A stretch of DNA of 64,000 nt, taken from a virus (lineage: Duplodnaviria > Caudoviricetes). The stretch is from the IMG/VR virus record IMGVR_UViG_3300020432_000004. One strand, given 5' to 3'. The notes beneath the pieces were generated by a model. The model ran no database searches. It was not told the DNA's origin and saw only the letters and a list, made by a program, of their open reading frames with translations. The position numbers and the translations under genes were made by a program. Positions within the stretch are counted from its first letter, which is position 1, and each line of letters starts with the position of its first letter. Of the stretch, positions 30,238 to 40,575 are shown piece by piece.

Positions 30238-30640
30238 TAGAGTTGTTGATGGTGATACCATTGATGTTTCAATAGACTTAGGATTTGATCTTATTAAAAA
30301 AGAAAGAGTACGCGTAGCAGGTGTTGATACTCCTGAGAAGAGAACTAGAGACTTAGAAGAAAAAGCATTAGGTATTGATGCTACTAACTGGATGAAGAAA
30401 AACTTAGAGGAAACTTTAGATGGAGATGAGGAACTTACTATCAGAACCGAACTCGTCGGTGGCATGGGTAAGTATGGTAGGCTTCTTGGTTGGTTATATG
30501 TCGGGGATGATGATGTATCACTTAATGAAAAAATGATTGATGAAGGATATGCATGGGCATATGATGGTGGTACAAAACAGAAAAATTTTGAAGAGTTGAG
30601 AGAGATAAGAAGATCAAAAGGAACTTTACTTGAGGGATAA
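30176..30640 (+). CDS. SNase/thermonuclease-family endonuclease
   Basis: RVVDGDTIDV, RVRVAGVDTPE, GKYGRLLG, LN..MIDEGYA. Confidence 0.9.
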   Translation: MGAMVPPSRKSCYNFRVVSIDRVVDGDTIDVSIDLGFDLIKKERVRVAGVDTPEKRTRDLEEKALGIDATNWMKKNLEETLDGDEELTIRTELVGGMGKYGRLLGWLYVGDDDVSLNEKMIDEGYAWAYDGGTKQKNFEELREIRRSKGTLLEG

Positions 30641-32289
30641 TGGCACAACAGGAAGTATACTTAGGTAATCCTAATCTTAAAAAAGCAAACGTTTCTCAGA
30701 ATTTTACTAAGAAACAAGTTGCTGAGTATTTGAAATGTGTAGAAGATCCTATCTACTTTATTAGAACATATATTAAAATCGTTTCACTAGACGAGGGTAT
30801 CATACCATTTAAGATGTATGATTTCCAAGAGAGTATGGTAGGTAAGTTTCATAAACATAGATTTAATATTGCTAAGTTACCTCGTCAGTCTGGTAAATCA
30901 ACAATCGTTACAGCATATCTATTATGGTATGTGCTATTCAATGATAATGTAAATGTCGCAATCCTCGCAAACAAAGCCCCAACTGCAAGAGAAATGTTGG
31001 GACGCTTACAATTATCTTACGAGAATCTTCCTAGATGGTTGCAACAAGGTATCTTGGGGTGGAACAAAGGAAGCTTGGAGTTGGAGAACGGAAGTAAGAT
31101 CCTCGCTTCAAGTACTAGTGCTTCTGCTGTTCGCGGTATGTCCTTTAACATTATATTTCTGGACGAGTTCGCGTTCGTTCCGAATCATATTGCTGAACAG
31201 TTCTTTGCTAGTGTGTATCCTACTATATCTTCTGGTAAAAAAACAAAAGTTATTATTATTTCTACACCTCATGGGATGAACCAATACTATAAGTTATGGC
31301 ACGATGCTGAACGTGGTGCTAATAACTATGTTGCAACTGAGGTTCATTGGTCTCAAGTACCTGGCAGAGATGCTAAATGGAAACAACAAACTATTGAGAA
31401 TACATCTGAAGCACAGTTCAGAGTTGAGTTTGACTGTGAGTTCTTAGGATCTGTTGATACTCTTATATCTCCTAGTAAATTAGGTGCTATGCCATATGAT
31501 GATCCTATTAAACAAAACAGAGGTCTAGCAATATATGAAGAAAGAATAGAAGATCATAATTATATTGTAACTGTTGATGTATCTCGTGGTATTGGTGGTG
31601 ACTACTCAGCATTCTGTGTTGTAGATACTACAACCATACCTTACAAATTAGTTGCTAGATATAAAAACAATGAAATAAAACCAATAGTCTTACCTAATAT
31701 TATTGTTGATGTATGTAAACATTATAATAATGCATATGTTCTATGTGAGGTAAATGATATAGGTGGACAGGTAGCAGACATCATTCAATATGATTTGGAA
31801 TATGAGAATCTATTAATGGCTGCTATGCGTGGTAGAGCAGGTCAACAACTAGGACAAGGTTTCTCTGGTAAGAAAACACAACTTGGTGTGAAGATGAGTA
31901 CTGCAGTTAAACAAGTTGGTTGTTCTAATCTTAAGGCATTAATAGAAGATGATAAATTATTAGTTACAGATTATGACACTATATCTGAACTGACTACATT
32001 TATTCAGAAAGGTCAATCATTCCAAGCAGAAGATGGATGTCATGATGATCTTGCTATGTGTCTTGTTATTTTTGGATGGATGGCAATGCAAGAATACTTT
32101 AAAGAGATGCATGATAATGATGTCAGAGCAAGAATATATGCGGATCAAAGAGATGCTATAGAACAAGATATGGCTCCATTTGGATTTATTAATGACGGAT
32201 TAGAAGATGATGTTATTGTTGATGCACAGGGAGAAAGATGGGAACTCGCGGAATATGGTGATGTTCAACACATGCTTGACTTTAGGTGA
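30640..32289 (+). CDS. gp17: Terminase large subunit gp17
   Basis: YLGNPNLK, PRQSGKST (Walker A), IFLDEFAF (Walker B), IISTPHG, DVSRG, HDDLAM. Confidence 0.97.
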   Translation: MAQQEVYLGNPNLKKANVSQNFTKKQVAEYLKCVEDPIYFIRTYIKIVSLDEGIIPFKMYDFQESMVGKFHKHRFNIAKLPRQSGKSTIVTAYLLWYVLFNDNVNVAILANKAPTAREMLGRLQLSYENLPRWLQQGILGWNKGSLELENGSKILASSTSASAVRGMSFNIIFLDEFAFVPNHIAEQFFASVYPTISSGKKTKVIIISTPHGMNQYYKLWHDAERGANNYVATEVHWSQVPGRDAKWKQQTIENTSEAQFRVEFDCEFLGSVDTLISPSKLGAMPYDDPIKQNRGLAIYEERIEDHNYIVTVDVSRGIGGDYSAFCVVDTTTIPYKLVARYKNNEIKPIVLPNIIVDVCKHYNNAYVLCEVNDIGGQVADIIQYDLEYENLLMAAMRGRAGQQLGQGFSGKKTQLGVKMSTAVKQVGCSNLKALIEDDKLLVTDYDTISELTTFIQKGQSFQAEDGCHDDLAMCLVIFGWMAMQEYFKEMHDNDVRARIYADQRDAIEQDMAPFGFINDGLEDDVIVDAQGERWELAEYGDVQHMLDFR

Positions 32290-32300
32290 CGTTTCAAAAA

Positions 32301-32308
32301 TATAAATA
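32301..32308 (+). promoter_or_regulatory. Late promoter TATAAATA
   Basis: Upstream of gp18. Confidence 0.8.
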
Positions 32309-32349
32309 ATCTTAGACAACCGCTAATGGCATTCTAGGAGTATATAAAC

Positions 32350-34602
32350 ATGGCAGCGAATCAATCATCGCCAGGTGTAGTAGTACAAGAGAGAGATCTG
32401 ACAACTGTCTCTACAGTATCAACTGCGAATATTGGTGTAATGGCAGCCCCCTTTGAGTTGGGACCTGTAGAAGAAATCGTTGAGGTCTCAAGTGAGAGAC
32501 AATTAGCAGAACAGTTTGGTGAACCAAATGACTACAACTATGAGTATTGGTTTACTGCTGCACAGTATCTTGCATACGGAGGTACACTTAAGACAGTCCG
32601 TGTTGCATCATCAACCTTAAAGAACGCAGTTGACACAGGAACTGCACCTTTAATTAAAAATTTACAAGATTACGAAACAACTTTTGAAACTGCAAACAAC
32701 ACATTTACATGGGTTGCAAGGACTGCAGGTGCTAAAGGTAATTCAATCGGTGTATTTGTAACAGACGCAGGTGCTGATCAAATCGCTGTTATTCCTGCTC
32801 CTGGTTCTGGTAACGACCCTGAGTTCGTTGCAGACGCTGCTATAAGTGCATCTTCTGGTGCTGCAGGTAAAGTATTCAAGTATTCCATAGTCTTAACAGT
32901 TGAGTCAGTTGTTGGTGATTTTACACCTGGTGCAACAACAACAATTAGCATTTCTGGTTCTAACGAAACAGTTAATGTTCTATCATATGACCCAACAAAC
33001 CTTAAACTAGAAATCGGATTACCTGGTGGCGGTGTTACAGGTATTATTGCTGCAGGTCAGACAATTACTCAAGGAACAAATACTTGTGATATTGCAACAA
33101 ACGGAATTGAAAGACGTTTGTATATTGCAAGTGATAAAGGAACTGTTGCTTTCGCTGCTGCTGACAGTATTCAAGATACAAACTCTACAGCATTCTCTAT
33201 TACATCTGTAAGAAATGAGTATGCAGAGCGTGAGTATCTACCAGGCGTTAAGTGGATCAACGTTGCTCCACGTCCTGAGACTTCACAGTTTGCATCACAG
33301 AATGGTGGATTCAGAGATGAAATGCATGTTCTTGTGGTTGACATTGATGGTAAGATCACAGGTACTGTTGGTGCATTACTTGAGAGATTTACTGGTCTAT
33401 CAAAAGCATCAGACGCTAAGACTTCTGTAGGAGAAACAAACTACTATCCAGAAGTTATTAAACAGCAATCACAATACATCTTCTGGGGTGAGCACGAATC
33501 TACAACATTCGCTGCTACTGGAACTGCTTCAGATGGTGTTTGGGGACAGAGTGCTCAAACACGTCAGTTCAACCTATTGCGTTCAGCAGCTGGTTCAACT
33601 GATTACCCTGCAGGTAGAACTACCGTGGGTTCTAAAAACAATTCCACTTACTACTACAGATTCATTAACGGTGCTGATTACGGTACTTCTGGTGGATCAT
33701 ATACAGTATCTAACACAGATGTTGCTACAGCATATCAGTTAGTCGAGGATCCTGAGTCACAGACCATTGACTTTATTCTCGCTGGTCCTTCTGGTCCTGA
33801 TGACGCAAGTGCAATCGCTAAGATTACTTCACTAACAAATATTGTTGAAGAGCGTAGAGACTGTATGTTATTTGTATCACCAAGACGTGCAAACGTTGTG
33901 GGTGTAAGTAGTGGAACGACTGTTACCACAAATATAATCAACTTCTTTAAGCAACTACCAAGTAGTTCTTATATGGTATTTGATTCTGGATACAAATATA
34001 TTTACGACAAGTATAACGACGTTTATAGATATATCCCTTGTAACGGTGACGTAGCAGGTCTATGTTTACAGACAACTGAGACATCAGAAGCATGGTTCTC
34101 ACCTGCAGGATTCCAACGTGGTGTTTTAAGAAATGCTATTAAACTAGCATATACACCAACTAAAACTCAACGTGATAACTTATACGCTAACAGAGTTAAC
34201 CCAGTAGTATCATTCCCAGGACAGGGTGTAGTACTATTCGGTGATAAGACTGCTCTTGGATTTGCCAGTGCATTTGACAGAATTAACATTCGTCGTTTGT
34301 TCTTGGTTGTTGAGAGAGTTATCTCTGGTGCTGCTAAGGCACAACTCTTTGAACAGAATGATGAGTCACAAAGATCACTCTTTGTTAACATCATCGAACC
34401 ATATCTAAGAGATGTTCAAGGACGTAGAGGAGTTACAGACTTTATTGTTAAGTGTGATTCTTCTAACAATACTCCAGAGGCAGTTGACCGTGGTGAGTTT
34501 TATGCGGAGATATACTTGAAACCAACCCGTACAATCAATTACATCACTCTAACATTCGTTGCAACACGGACTGGTGTTAGTTTCGGTGAGGTCGCAAGCT
34601 AG
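32350..34602 (+). CDS. gp18: Tail sheath protein gp18
   Basis: SPGVVVQERDLT, WFSPAGFQRG, FDRINIRRLF, FEQND, KPTRTINYITLTFVA. Confidence 0.97.
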   Translation: MAANQSSPGVVVQERDLTTVSTVSTANIGVMAAPFELGPVEEIVEVSSERQLAEQFGEPNDYNYEYWFTAAQYLAYGGTLKTVRVASSTLKNAVDTGTAPLIKNLQDYETTFETANNTFTWVARTAGAKGNSIGVFVTDAGADQIAVIPAPGSGNDPEFVADAAISASSGAAGKVFKYSIVLTVESVVGDFTPGATTTISISGSNETVNVLSYDPTNLKLEIGLPGGGVTGIIAAGQTITQGTNTCDIATNGIERRLYIASDKGTVAFAAADSIQDTNSTAFSITSVRNEYAEREYLPGVKWINVAPRPETSQFASQNGGFRDEMHVLVVDIDGKITGTVGALLERFTGLSKASDAKTSVGETNYYPEVIKQQSQYIFWGEHESTTFAATGTASDGVWGQSAQTRQFNLLRSAAGSTDYPAGRTTVGSKNNSTYYYRFINGADYGTSGGSYTVSNTDVATAYQLVEDPESQTIDFILAGPSGPDDASAIAKITSLTNIVEERRDCMLFVSPRRANVVGVSSGTTVTTNIINFFKQLPSSSYMVFDSGYKYIYDKYNDVYRYIPCNGDVAGLCLQTTETSEAWFSPAGFQRGVLRNAIKLAYTPTKTQRDNLYANRVNPVVSFPGQGVVLFGDKTALGFASAFDRINIRRLFLVVERVISGAAKAQLFEQNDESQRSLFVNIIEPYLRDVQGRRGVTDFIVKCDSSNNTPEAVDRGEFYAEIYLKPTRTINYITLTFVATRTGVSFGEVAS

Positions 34603-34618
34603 ACCTACGATTATAACT

Positions 34619-34643
34619 AAGACCCCTTCGGGGGTCTTTTTTT
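34619..34643 (+). terminator. Intrinsic terminator
   Basis: AAGACCCC-TTCG-GGGGTCTT plus T-run. Confidence 0.9.
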
Positions 34644-34664
34644 ATGCTCGAAAATTTTAGTTTG

Positions 34665-34672
34665 TCTAAATA
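34665..34672 (+). promoter_or_regulatory. Late promoter variant TCTAAATA
   Basis: After the terminator and upstream of gp19; the same CTAAATA variant occurs at 35287, 36932/36939 and 62874. Confidence 0.65.
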
Positions 34673-34700
34673 CTACTGACGGAAATTCTTTATATCACCA

Positions 34701-35282
34701 ATGGCAGAAAGAGGAACTATTGACGATTTTAAAGCGAAGGTCACCTCAGACTTCGCACGTCCTAATCTATTCCAAGTTGATCTAGCCTTCCCTAATGATA
34801 TACTTCAAGGAGCTGACCTCATAGATCTTGGTAAGTTTACTGTGAGAGCAGCTAATTTGCCTTCATCTCAGGTTGGTGTAATTGAAGTTCCATTTAGAGG
34901 ACGAGTGCTTAAGATCGCGGGAGACAGGACATTTGAACCTTGGACTATTACTGTTATGAATGACAGTGGGTTCAAAGTTAGAACCGCATTTGAATTGTGG
35001 GCAAGTAGCATTCAAGCTTACAATGAGAACTTTACTTCAGCAGCAGGTCTTGGTGACAAGTCTGATAGTACTGGTTACTTCGCTGATATGAAAGTTCATC
35101 AGTTAGCAAGAGATCTAAAAGCAGGGGATCAACCTAAGATACTTAAATCTTACAAGTTCTATAACGTATTCCCAAGTAATATCGCAGCGATAGATCTTGA
35201 CTTTGGAAACAATGATGCAGTTGAAGAGTTCACTGTTGAGTTACAAGTCCAATACTGGATGCCAGAATCGAGCCAGGACTAA
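34701..35282 (+). CDS. gp19: Tail tube protein gp19
   Basis: ARPNLFQV, AANLPSS..G.IEVPFRGR.LKIAGDRTFEPWTITVMND. Confidence 0.96.
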   Translation: MAERGTIDDFKAKVTSDFARPNLFQVDLAFPNDILQGADLIDLGKFTVRAANLPSSQVGVIEVPFRGRVLKIAGDRTFEPWTITVMNDSGFKVRTAFELWASSIQAYNENFTSAAGLGDKSDSTGYFADMKVHQLARDLKAGDQPKILKSYKFYNVFPSNIAAIDLDFGNNDAVEEFTVELQVQYWMPESSQD

Positions 35283-35318
35283 CCTCCTAAATATAACAGG
35301 AACAATCATTAAAATATA

Positions 35319-36935
35319 ATGGCACAACAGCTCTTCGGTTTTTCACTAGAGAGAGCAAAGAAGGTTCCCAAGGGACCTTCTTTTGTTCAAAAGGATAGTT
35401 TAGATGGATCACAACCTGTAGTGGGTGGTGGTTACTATGGCTATTCTGTTGACTTTGATGGACAAATCCGTAATGAATATGAACTCATCACTCGTTATAG
35501 AGAGATGGTTCTACAACCAGAATGTGATAGTGCAGTTGACGATGTAGTTAACGAAACTATCTGTGGTAACTTTGACGACGTACCTGTAGAATTAGAACTA
35601 TCTAATCTTAAGGTATCCGAAAAAATTAAAAAACTAATGAGAGAAGAGTTCCAAGAGATTCTTCGTTTATTAGATTTTGATAATAGATCCTATGAGATCT
35701 TCCGTAGATGGTATGTCGATGGAAGATTGTTCTATCATAAGGTTATAGATCCTAAAAAACCACGTAACGGTTTAGTCGAATTAAGATACATCGACCCTAG
35801 AAAGATTCGTAAGGTTACTGAATACGAGCAGAAGAAACCTGGCGAATTGAGAAATGCAGACCTTAATACTCAGTTGACTCAGAAGAGTGCTGAGTATTTT
35901 CTGTACAATCCAAAGGGACTTAGAAATTCTACTAATCAAGGACTGAAAATTGCACCAGATTCAATTACATATTGTCACTCTGGTATTCAAGACCTTAATA
36001 AAAACATGGTCTTGTCACACTTACATAAAGCAATCAAGGCAGTTAATCAACTGCGAATGATTGAAGATAGTCTTGTAATCTATCGTTTATCAAGAGCACC
36101 AGAACGTAGAATATTCTATATCGACGTTGGTAACTTACCTAAGAACAAAGCGGAGCAATACCTTCGTGAAGTTATGGGTAGGTATAGAAACAAACTTGTA
36201 TACGATGCAAACACAGGAGAGATAAAAGATGACAAGAAATTCATGTCAATGCTCGAAGACTTCTGGTTACCCAGAAGAGAAGGGGGACGAGGTACTGAAA
36301 TCTCTACGTTGCCAGGTGGACAAAATCTTGGAGAACTTGAGGATGTCAAGTACTTCCAAAAGAAACTTTACAAATCGCTCAACGTTCCGAACTCAAGGTT
36401 AGAGACTGAGACTACATTTAACATAGGACGTGCTGCTGAAATCACACGTGACGAAGTTAAATTCCAAAAGTTTGTCGCACGTCTACGTAAACGTTTCGGT
36501 GAACTATTCACAGACCTTCTTAAAACACAACTCATTCTTAAGGGAATCATCTCTATTGAAGAATGGGAAGTGATGAAAGAGCACATTCAGTTTGACTACA
36601 TTGCTGACAATTACTTTACAGAACTCAAAGAGATTGAAATCCGCAATGAAAGAATGAATGAAGTTAATCAAATGGATCCTTACGTTGGTAAGTACTTCTC
36701 GATTGAACACATTCGTCGTCAAATATTGAAACAAACTGATGTCGAGATAAAAGAGATCGACAAACAGATTGAAGCTGAAACGGAAGCAGGTTTAATCCTG
36801 TCTCCAGAAGACCAGATGGCAGCAGAGATGGGCATGATGCCAGGCGAAGAAGGAGGAGCACCTGCAGAAGGAGGAGCACCCCAAGACCCAAAGTCCGTAA
36901 TTGATCCTGCGGATCAGAAGCGGGGAGAGTTCTAA
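35319..36935 (+). CDS. gp20: Portal vertex protein gp20
   Basis: WYVDGRLFYHK, YRLSRAPERRIFYIDVGNLPK.KAEQY, MLEDFWLPRREGGRGTEI.TLPGG. Confidence 0.98.
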   Translation: MAQQLFGFSLERAKKVPKGPSFVQKDSLDGSQPVVGGGYYGYSVDFDGQIRNEYELITRYREMVLQPECDSAVDDVVNETICGNFDDVPVELELSNLKVSEKIKKLMREEFQEILRLLDFDNRSYEIFRRWYVDGRLFYHKVIDPKKPRNGLVELRYIDPRKIRKVTEYEQKKPGELRNADLNTQLTQKSAEYFLYNPKGLRNSTNQGLKIAPDSITYCHSGIQDLNKNMVLSHLHKAIKAVNQLRMIEDSLVIYRLSRAPERRIFYIDVGNLPKNKAEQYLREVMGRYRNKLVYDANTGEIKDDKKFMSMLEDFWLPRREGGRGTEISTLPGGQNLGELEDVKYFQKKLYKSLNVPNSRLETETTFNIGRAAEITRDEVKFQKFVARLRKRFGELFTDLLKTQLILKGIISIEEWEVMKEHIQFDYIADNYFTELKEIEIRNERMNEVNQMDPYVGKYFSIEHIRRQILKQTDVEIKEIDKQIEAETEAGLILSPEDQMAAEMGMMPGEEGGAPAEGGAPQDPKSVIDPADQKRGEF

Positions 36936-36967
36936 ATACTAAATATATAATGTAGGTAACTATTATT

Positions 36968-37303
36968 ATGCCAAGCGAAATAGCACAAGGAATCGTCGAT
37001 CATATATTTGGCGATGAAAAAGCAAAAGCGGTAGATGCATTTAACGATGCAATGGCTGCTACAGCTTATGATGCAATACAAGCTCAGAAAAAAGAGTTTG
37101 CACAAAAAATGGGTTTTGAACTAGATCAAACTGCACAATCTGCAGCTGATGAACTAGAAGATAAGTTAGTAGATGACGGATCTGGTGAAACTAAGGTTGA
37201 ACCTGTCTTACCTGACAGACTACCACATGAACCACCTGTTGATGCTACACCTGCATCTGTAGAAGAACCAATAGAGGAACCAAAAAATGAGACTGATAGC
37301 TGA
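36968..37303 (+). CDS. Acidic small protein, probable prohead core component (gp67/68 position)
   Basis: Between gp20 and gp21; acidic; CTAAATA upstream. Confidence 0.55.
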   Translation: MPSEIAQGIVDHIFGDEKAKAVDAFNDAMAATAYDAIQAQKKEFAQKMGFELDQTAQSAADELEDKLVDDGSGETKVEPVLPDRLPHEPPVDATPASVEEPIEEPKNETDS

Positions 37304-37931
37304 AGAGATCACTCAAGTTGATTTCCTAACTGAGGAAAAGAACGGAAAGAAGTCACACTTCATAGAAGGTATTTTCTTACAATCAGAGATCACTAATAAG
37401 AATGGAAGGATGTATCCTTTCAAAACACTTCAGAGAGAAGTCGCTAAGTACGAAGAGTCACAGATCAGAAAAGGTCGTGCACTTGGAGAACTTGGACATC
37501 CAGATGGTCCTTCAATCAACCTAGATAGGGTATCCCATAAGATAGAATCTTTGAGAGAAGATGGAAATAATTTCGTCGGTAGAGCAAAGATACTTGACAC
37601 ACCTATGGGTAACATTGCATCATCACTACTAAGTGAAGGTGTAAAGTTAGGAGTTTCTTCAAGAGGAATGGGTTCTCTGAAGAAAGAATCTAATTGCAAC
37701 ATAGTCCAAGATGACTTTATGCTTGCAACTGCTGCTGATATAGTAGCAGATCCTTCAGCACCAGACGCATTTGTGAATGGTATCATGGAAGGAAAAGAAT
37801 GGGTATGGGACAATGGAGTTATTAAAGAAGCAAGAATAGCGGAAATTAAGAACGAAATTGATCATGCAACCCTTATAAATTTACAGGAAAAGAAGCTTTC
37901 CGCATTCGAGAAGTTTCTTAAGAGTCTGTGA
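37287..37931 (+). CDS. gp21: Prohead protease gp21
   Basis: NKNGRMYP, ALGELGHP, GVSSRGMGS, DIVADPSAPDAFV. Confidence 0.97.
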   Translation: MRLIAEEITQVDFLTEEKNGKKSHFIEGIFLQSEITNKNGRMYPFKTLQREVAKYEESQIRKGRALGELGHPDGPSINLDRVSHKIESLREDGNNFVGRAKILDTPMGNIASSLLSEGVKLGVSSRGMGSLKKESNCNIVQDDFMLATAADIVADPSAPDAFVNGIMEGKEWVWDNGVIKEARIAEIKNEIDHATLINLQEKKLSAFEKFLKSL

Positions 37932-37933
37932 TT

Positions 37934-37941
37934 TATAAATA
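37934..37941 (+). promoter_or_regulatory. Late promoter TATAAATA
   Basis: Upstream of gp22-gp23. Confidence 0.8.
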
Positions 37942-37978
37942 AAACTGTATATAACGCTAATGTAATCGGAGTTAAACA

Positions 37979-39079
37979 ATGTCTGAGACCTCTAATAAAG
38001 AGTTAGATAACATGGAGCAAGTGAAAGAAGACGCAGCAACTGGAACAGCAGCTATCACTAAAGGTGCGACTTCTGGAGAAAAGATTGATACTTCTCAAGG
38101 TAAGTACACTGATATCGGTGGTTCTGATAGTAAATCATCAGAAGGTGCTAAGGGAACTGAAAATCTAGGAAGCAAAGCTGCAGCCCCTGTAGGAGTAGAA
38201 GGTGATAAGTCTATCAAGACTAAACCATCAGCTGCAGGAACATCTAACGTAAGTGCAGGTCTTAGTGGTAAGATCTTCGATGACGTGGAGAACAAAGATG
38301 AAGAAACAATCCAAGAACAAGAAACAGAGACAGCAGATGAAGCCAAGTACGACTTTACTGCGGATGTTGACGCTCTTGTCGGAGGTGAAGAACTATCAGA
38401 AGAGTTCAGAGACAAAGCAGTAACCATCTTTGAAGCCGCAGTCACCTCAAGAGTAAATGAGGAAACTAAAGCGTTAACTGAAGCATTTGAATCTACTCTG
38501 ACTGAGGAAGTCGAGAAGATCAAAACAGAATTGGCTGAAAAAGTCGATGACTATCTATCTTATGCTGCTGAACAGTGGATCAAGGAAAATTCACTCGCTG
38601 TTGAGCACGGTATAAAGACTGAGATGGCAGAGTCATTCTTTAACGGTCTAAAAGGTCTCTTCGTAGAGCATAACTTTAATGTTCCCGAAGAAAAATACAA
38701 TCTCCTAGACGGAATGTCAGGGGAACTTGATGAAATGGAGAAAAAACTCAATGAGCAAATCGACGCTAACGTATCTTTGAACAAGAGAATTGGCGAATTT
38801 GTTAAAATGGAAATCGTGAACGAATGTGCTGCAGGTCTCGCAGAGACACAAAAGGAGAAACTAGTTTCTCTTGCAGAGGGTGTTGAGTTTGAGAATGAAG
38901 AAGACTATCGCAAGAGAGTCGAAACAATTAAGGAATCATATTTCACTAGGAAGGCTGAAGTTGCTGCAGAATCTGCAAAAACTGAACCCACCGAAGAAAG
39001 TTCAGAACCCTTAGTTGAAAGTACAGCAAGCGGAACTATGTCGAAATACGTAGATGCAATCGCTCGTTGGTCCAAATAA
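37979..39079 (+). CDS. gp22: Prohead core scaffold gp22
   Basis: LSEEF..KA.TIFEAAV, KVDDYL.Y..EQW..EN, L.ETQKEKL.SLAEGVEF. Confidence 0.95.
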   Translation: MSETSNKELDNMEQVKEDAATGTAAITKGATSGEKIDTSQGKYTDIGGSDSKSSEGAKGTENLGSKAAAPVGVEGDKSIKTKPSAAGTSNVSAGLSGKIFDDVENKDEETIQEQETETADEAKYDFTADVDALVGGEELSEEFRDKAVTIFEAAVTSRVNEETKALTEAFESTLTEEVEKIKTELAEKVDDYLSYAAEQWIKENSLAVEHGIKTEMAESFFNGLKGLFVEHNFNVPEEKYNLLDGMSGELDEMEKKLNEQIDANVSLNKRIGEFVKMEIVNECAAGLAETQKEKLVSLAEGVEFENEEDYRKRVETIKESYFTRKAEVAAESAKTEPTEESSEPLVESTASGTMSKYVDAIARWSK

Positions 39080-39107
39080 TTAATAAACTACTTAACAAGG
39101 AGACATA

Positions 39108-40505
39108 ATGTCACTACAATCACTCCAAGAAAAGTGGGCACCCGTTCTAAATCACGAAGCTCTTCCAGGCATCGAGGATACTTACAAGAAAGGCGTAGTC
39201 GCACAACTTCTTGAGAACCAAGAAATAGCATTAAAAGAAGAGGGTAACGTTCTTAACGAAACTCTTCAGACAGTTGGAACAGGTGGATTCGGTGCAGGTG
39301 CAACTGCAACAGGTCCAGTCGCAGGTTTCGACCCAGTATTAATTTCATTGATCAGAAGATCAATGCCTATGTTGATCGCTTACGATATCGCAGGTGTTCA
39401 ACCAATGACAGGTCCTACAGGACTTATCTTTGCAATGAGAACTGCTTACGGAGATGAGAGAAGTCCTGCTTCCTCAGACTTCAGAGAAGCATTCTTCAAT
39501 GAGCCTAACGCAGGTTTCTCTGGTGCAGGTGGAACAGGTCTATCAAACTATGACCCAACAGCATCAGGTTCTGCAGTTAACGACGCTGAAGGAGCAAATC
39601 CAGGTGTTCTTAATGACTCATCACCAGGTACCTACGAGGTAACAGGCGATGCAACAGGCATGAACACAACTACTGCTGAAGCATTAGATGACTCAAGTGC
39701 ATCTACAGCATTCAGAGAGATGGGTTTCTCAATCGAGAAAGTAACTGTTACAGCGAAATCTCGTGCTTTGAAAGCTGAGTACAGTATTGAGCTTGCTCAA
39801 GACTTGAAAGCAATTCATGGTCTAGATGCCGAGCAAGAGTTAAGCAACATTCTCTCAACAGAGATCCTTGCTGAAATCAACAGAGAAGTTGTTAGAACTA
39901 TCTACACTAACGCTGTTGCAGGTGCTCAAAACAATACTGCTAACGCAGGTATCTTCGACCTTGACGTTGACTCAAATGGAAGATGGTCAGTTGAGAAGTT
40001 CAAAGGACTTCTATTCCAGATCGAACGAGATGCTAACGCTATCGGTCAGCAAACTCGTCGCGGGAAGGGCAACATCCTAATCTGTTCTGCAGATGTGGCT
40101 TCTGCTCTTGGTATGGCAGGTGTTCTAGATTACGCTCCTGCTCTTAATGGTAACAACGCATTAACAGGTGTAGACGATACTTCCTCTACTCTAGTTGGAA
40201 CATTAAACGGACGCATTAAGGTCTATGTTGATCCTTACTCTGCTAACGTTGCTGACAAGCACTTCTATGTTTCTGGATACAAAGGTACTTCACCTTATGA
40301 CGCAGGATTATTCTACTGCCCATACGTTCCATTACAGCAAGTCAGAGCAATCAACCCAAATACCTTCCAGCCCAAGATTGGCTTTAAGACAAGATACGGT
40401 ATGGTTTCTAACCCATTCGCACAAGGTCTTACACAAGGTAGTGGTGCTCTTACAGCGAACACAAACAAGTACTACAGAAGAGTACAAGTTGCAAACATCA
40501 TGTAA
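39108..40505 (+). CDS. gp23: Major capsid protein gp23
   Basis: FDPVLISLIRRSMP, GVQPMTGPTGLIFAMR, SRALKAEYSIELAQDLKAIHGLDAE, FQPKIGFKTRYG. Confidence 0.99.
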   Translation: MSLQSLQEKWAPVLNHEALPGIEDTYKKGVVAQLLENQEIALKEEGNVLNETLQTVGTGGFGAGATATGPVAGFDPVLISLIRRSMPMLIAYDIAGVQPMTGPTGLIFAMRTAYGDERSPASSDFREAFFNEPNAGFSGAGGTGLSNYDPTASGSAVNDAEGANPGVLNDSSPGTYEVTGDATGMNTTTAEALDDSSASTAFREMGFSIEKVTVTAKSRALKAEYSIELAQDLKAIHGLDAEQELSNILSTEILAEINREVVRTIYTNAVAGAQNNTANAGIFDLDVDSNGRWSVEKFKGLLFQIERDANAIGQQTRRGKGNILICSADVASALGMAGVLDYAPALNGNNALTGVDDTSSTLVGTLNGRIKVYVDPYSANVADKHFYVSGYKGTSPYDAGLFYCPYVPLQQVRAINPNTFQPKIGFKTRYGMVSNPFAQGLTQGSGALTANTNKYYRRVQVANIM

Positions 40506-40523
40506 TTCAAATTACATATTTCC

Positions 40524-40548
40524 AAAGAGACCTTCGGGTCTCTTTTTT
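40524..40548 (+). terminator. Intrinsic terminator after gp23
   Basis: AAAGAGACC-TTCG-GGTCTCTTT plus T-run. Confidence 0.9.
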
Positions 40549-40554
40549 ATTGTT

Positions 40555-40562
40555 CATAAATA
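40555..40562 (+). promoter_or_regulatory. Late promoter CATAAATA
   Basis: Upstream of gp3. Confidence 0.75.
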
Positions 40563-40575
40563 ATTAAAAAGTTTA

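Noticed and set aside
30640-40505. Introns/inteins or homing endonucleases in gp17, gp20, gp23
   Set aside because: Genes are uninterrupted and of ordinary length; no HNH, GIY-YIG or LAGLIDADG motifs noticed
40500-40517. ATGTAATT-CA-AATTACAT palindrome matching GTA-N8-TAC after gp23
   Set aside because: Overlaps the stop codon directly before a terminator with no suitable promoter; more likely an RNA hairpin or chance
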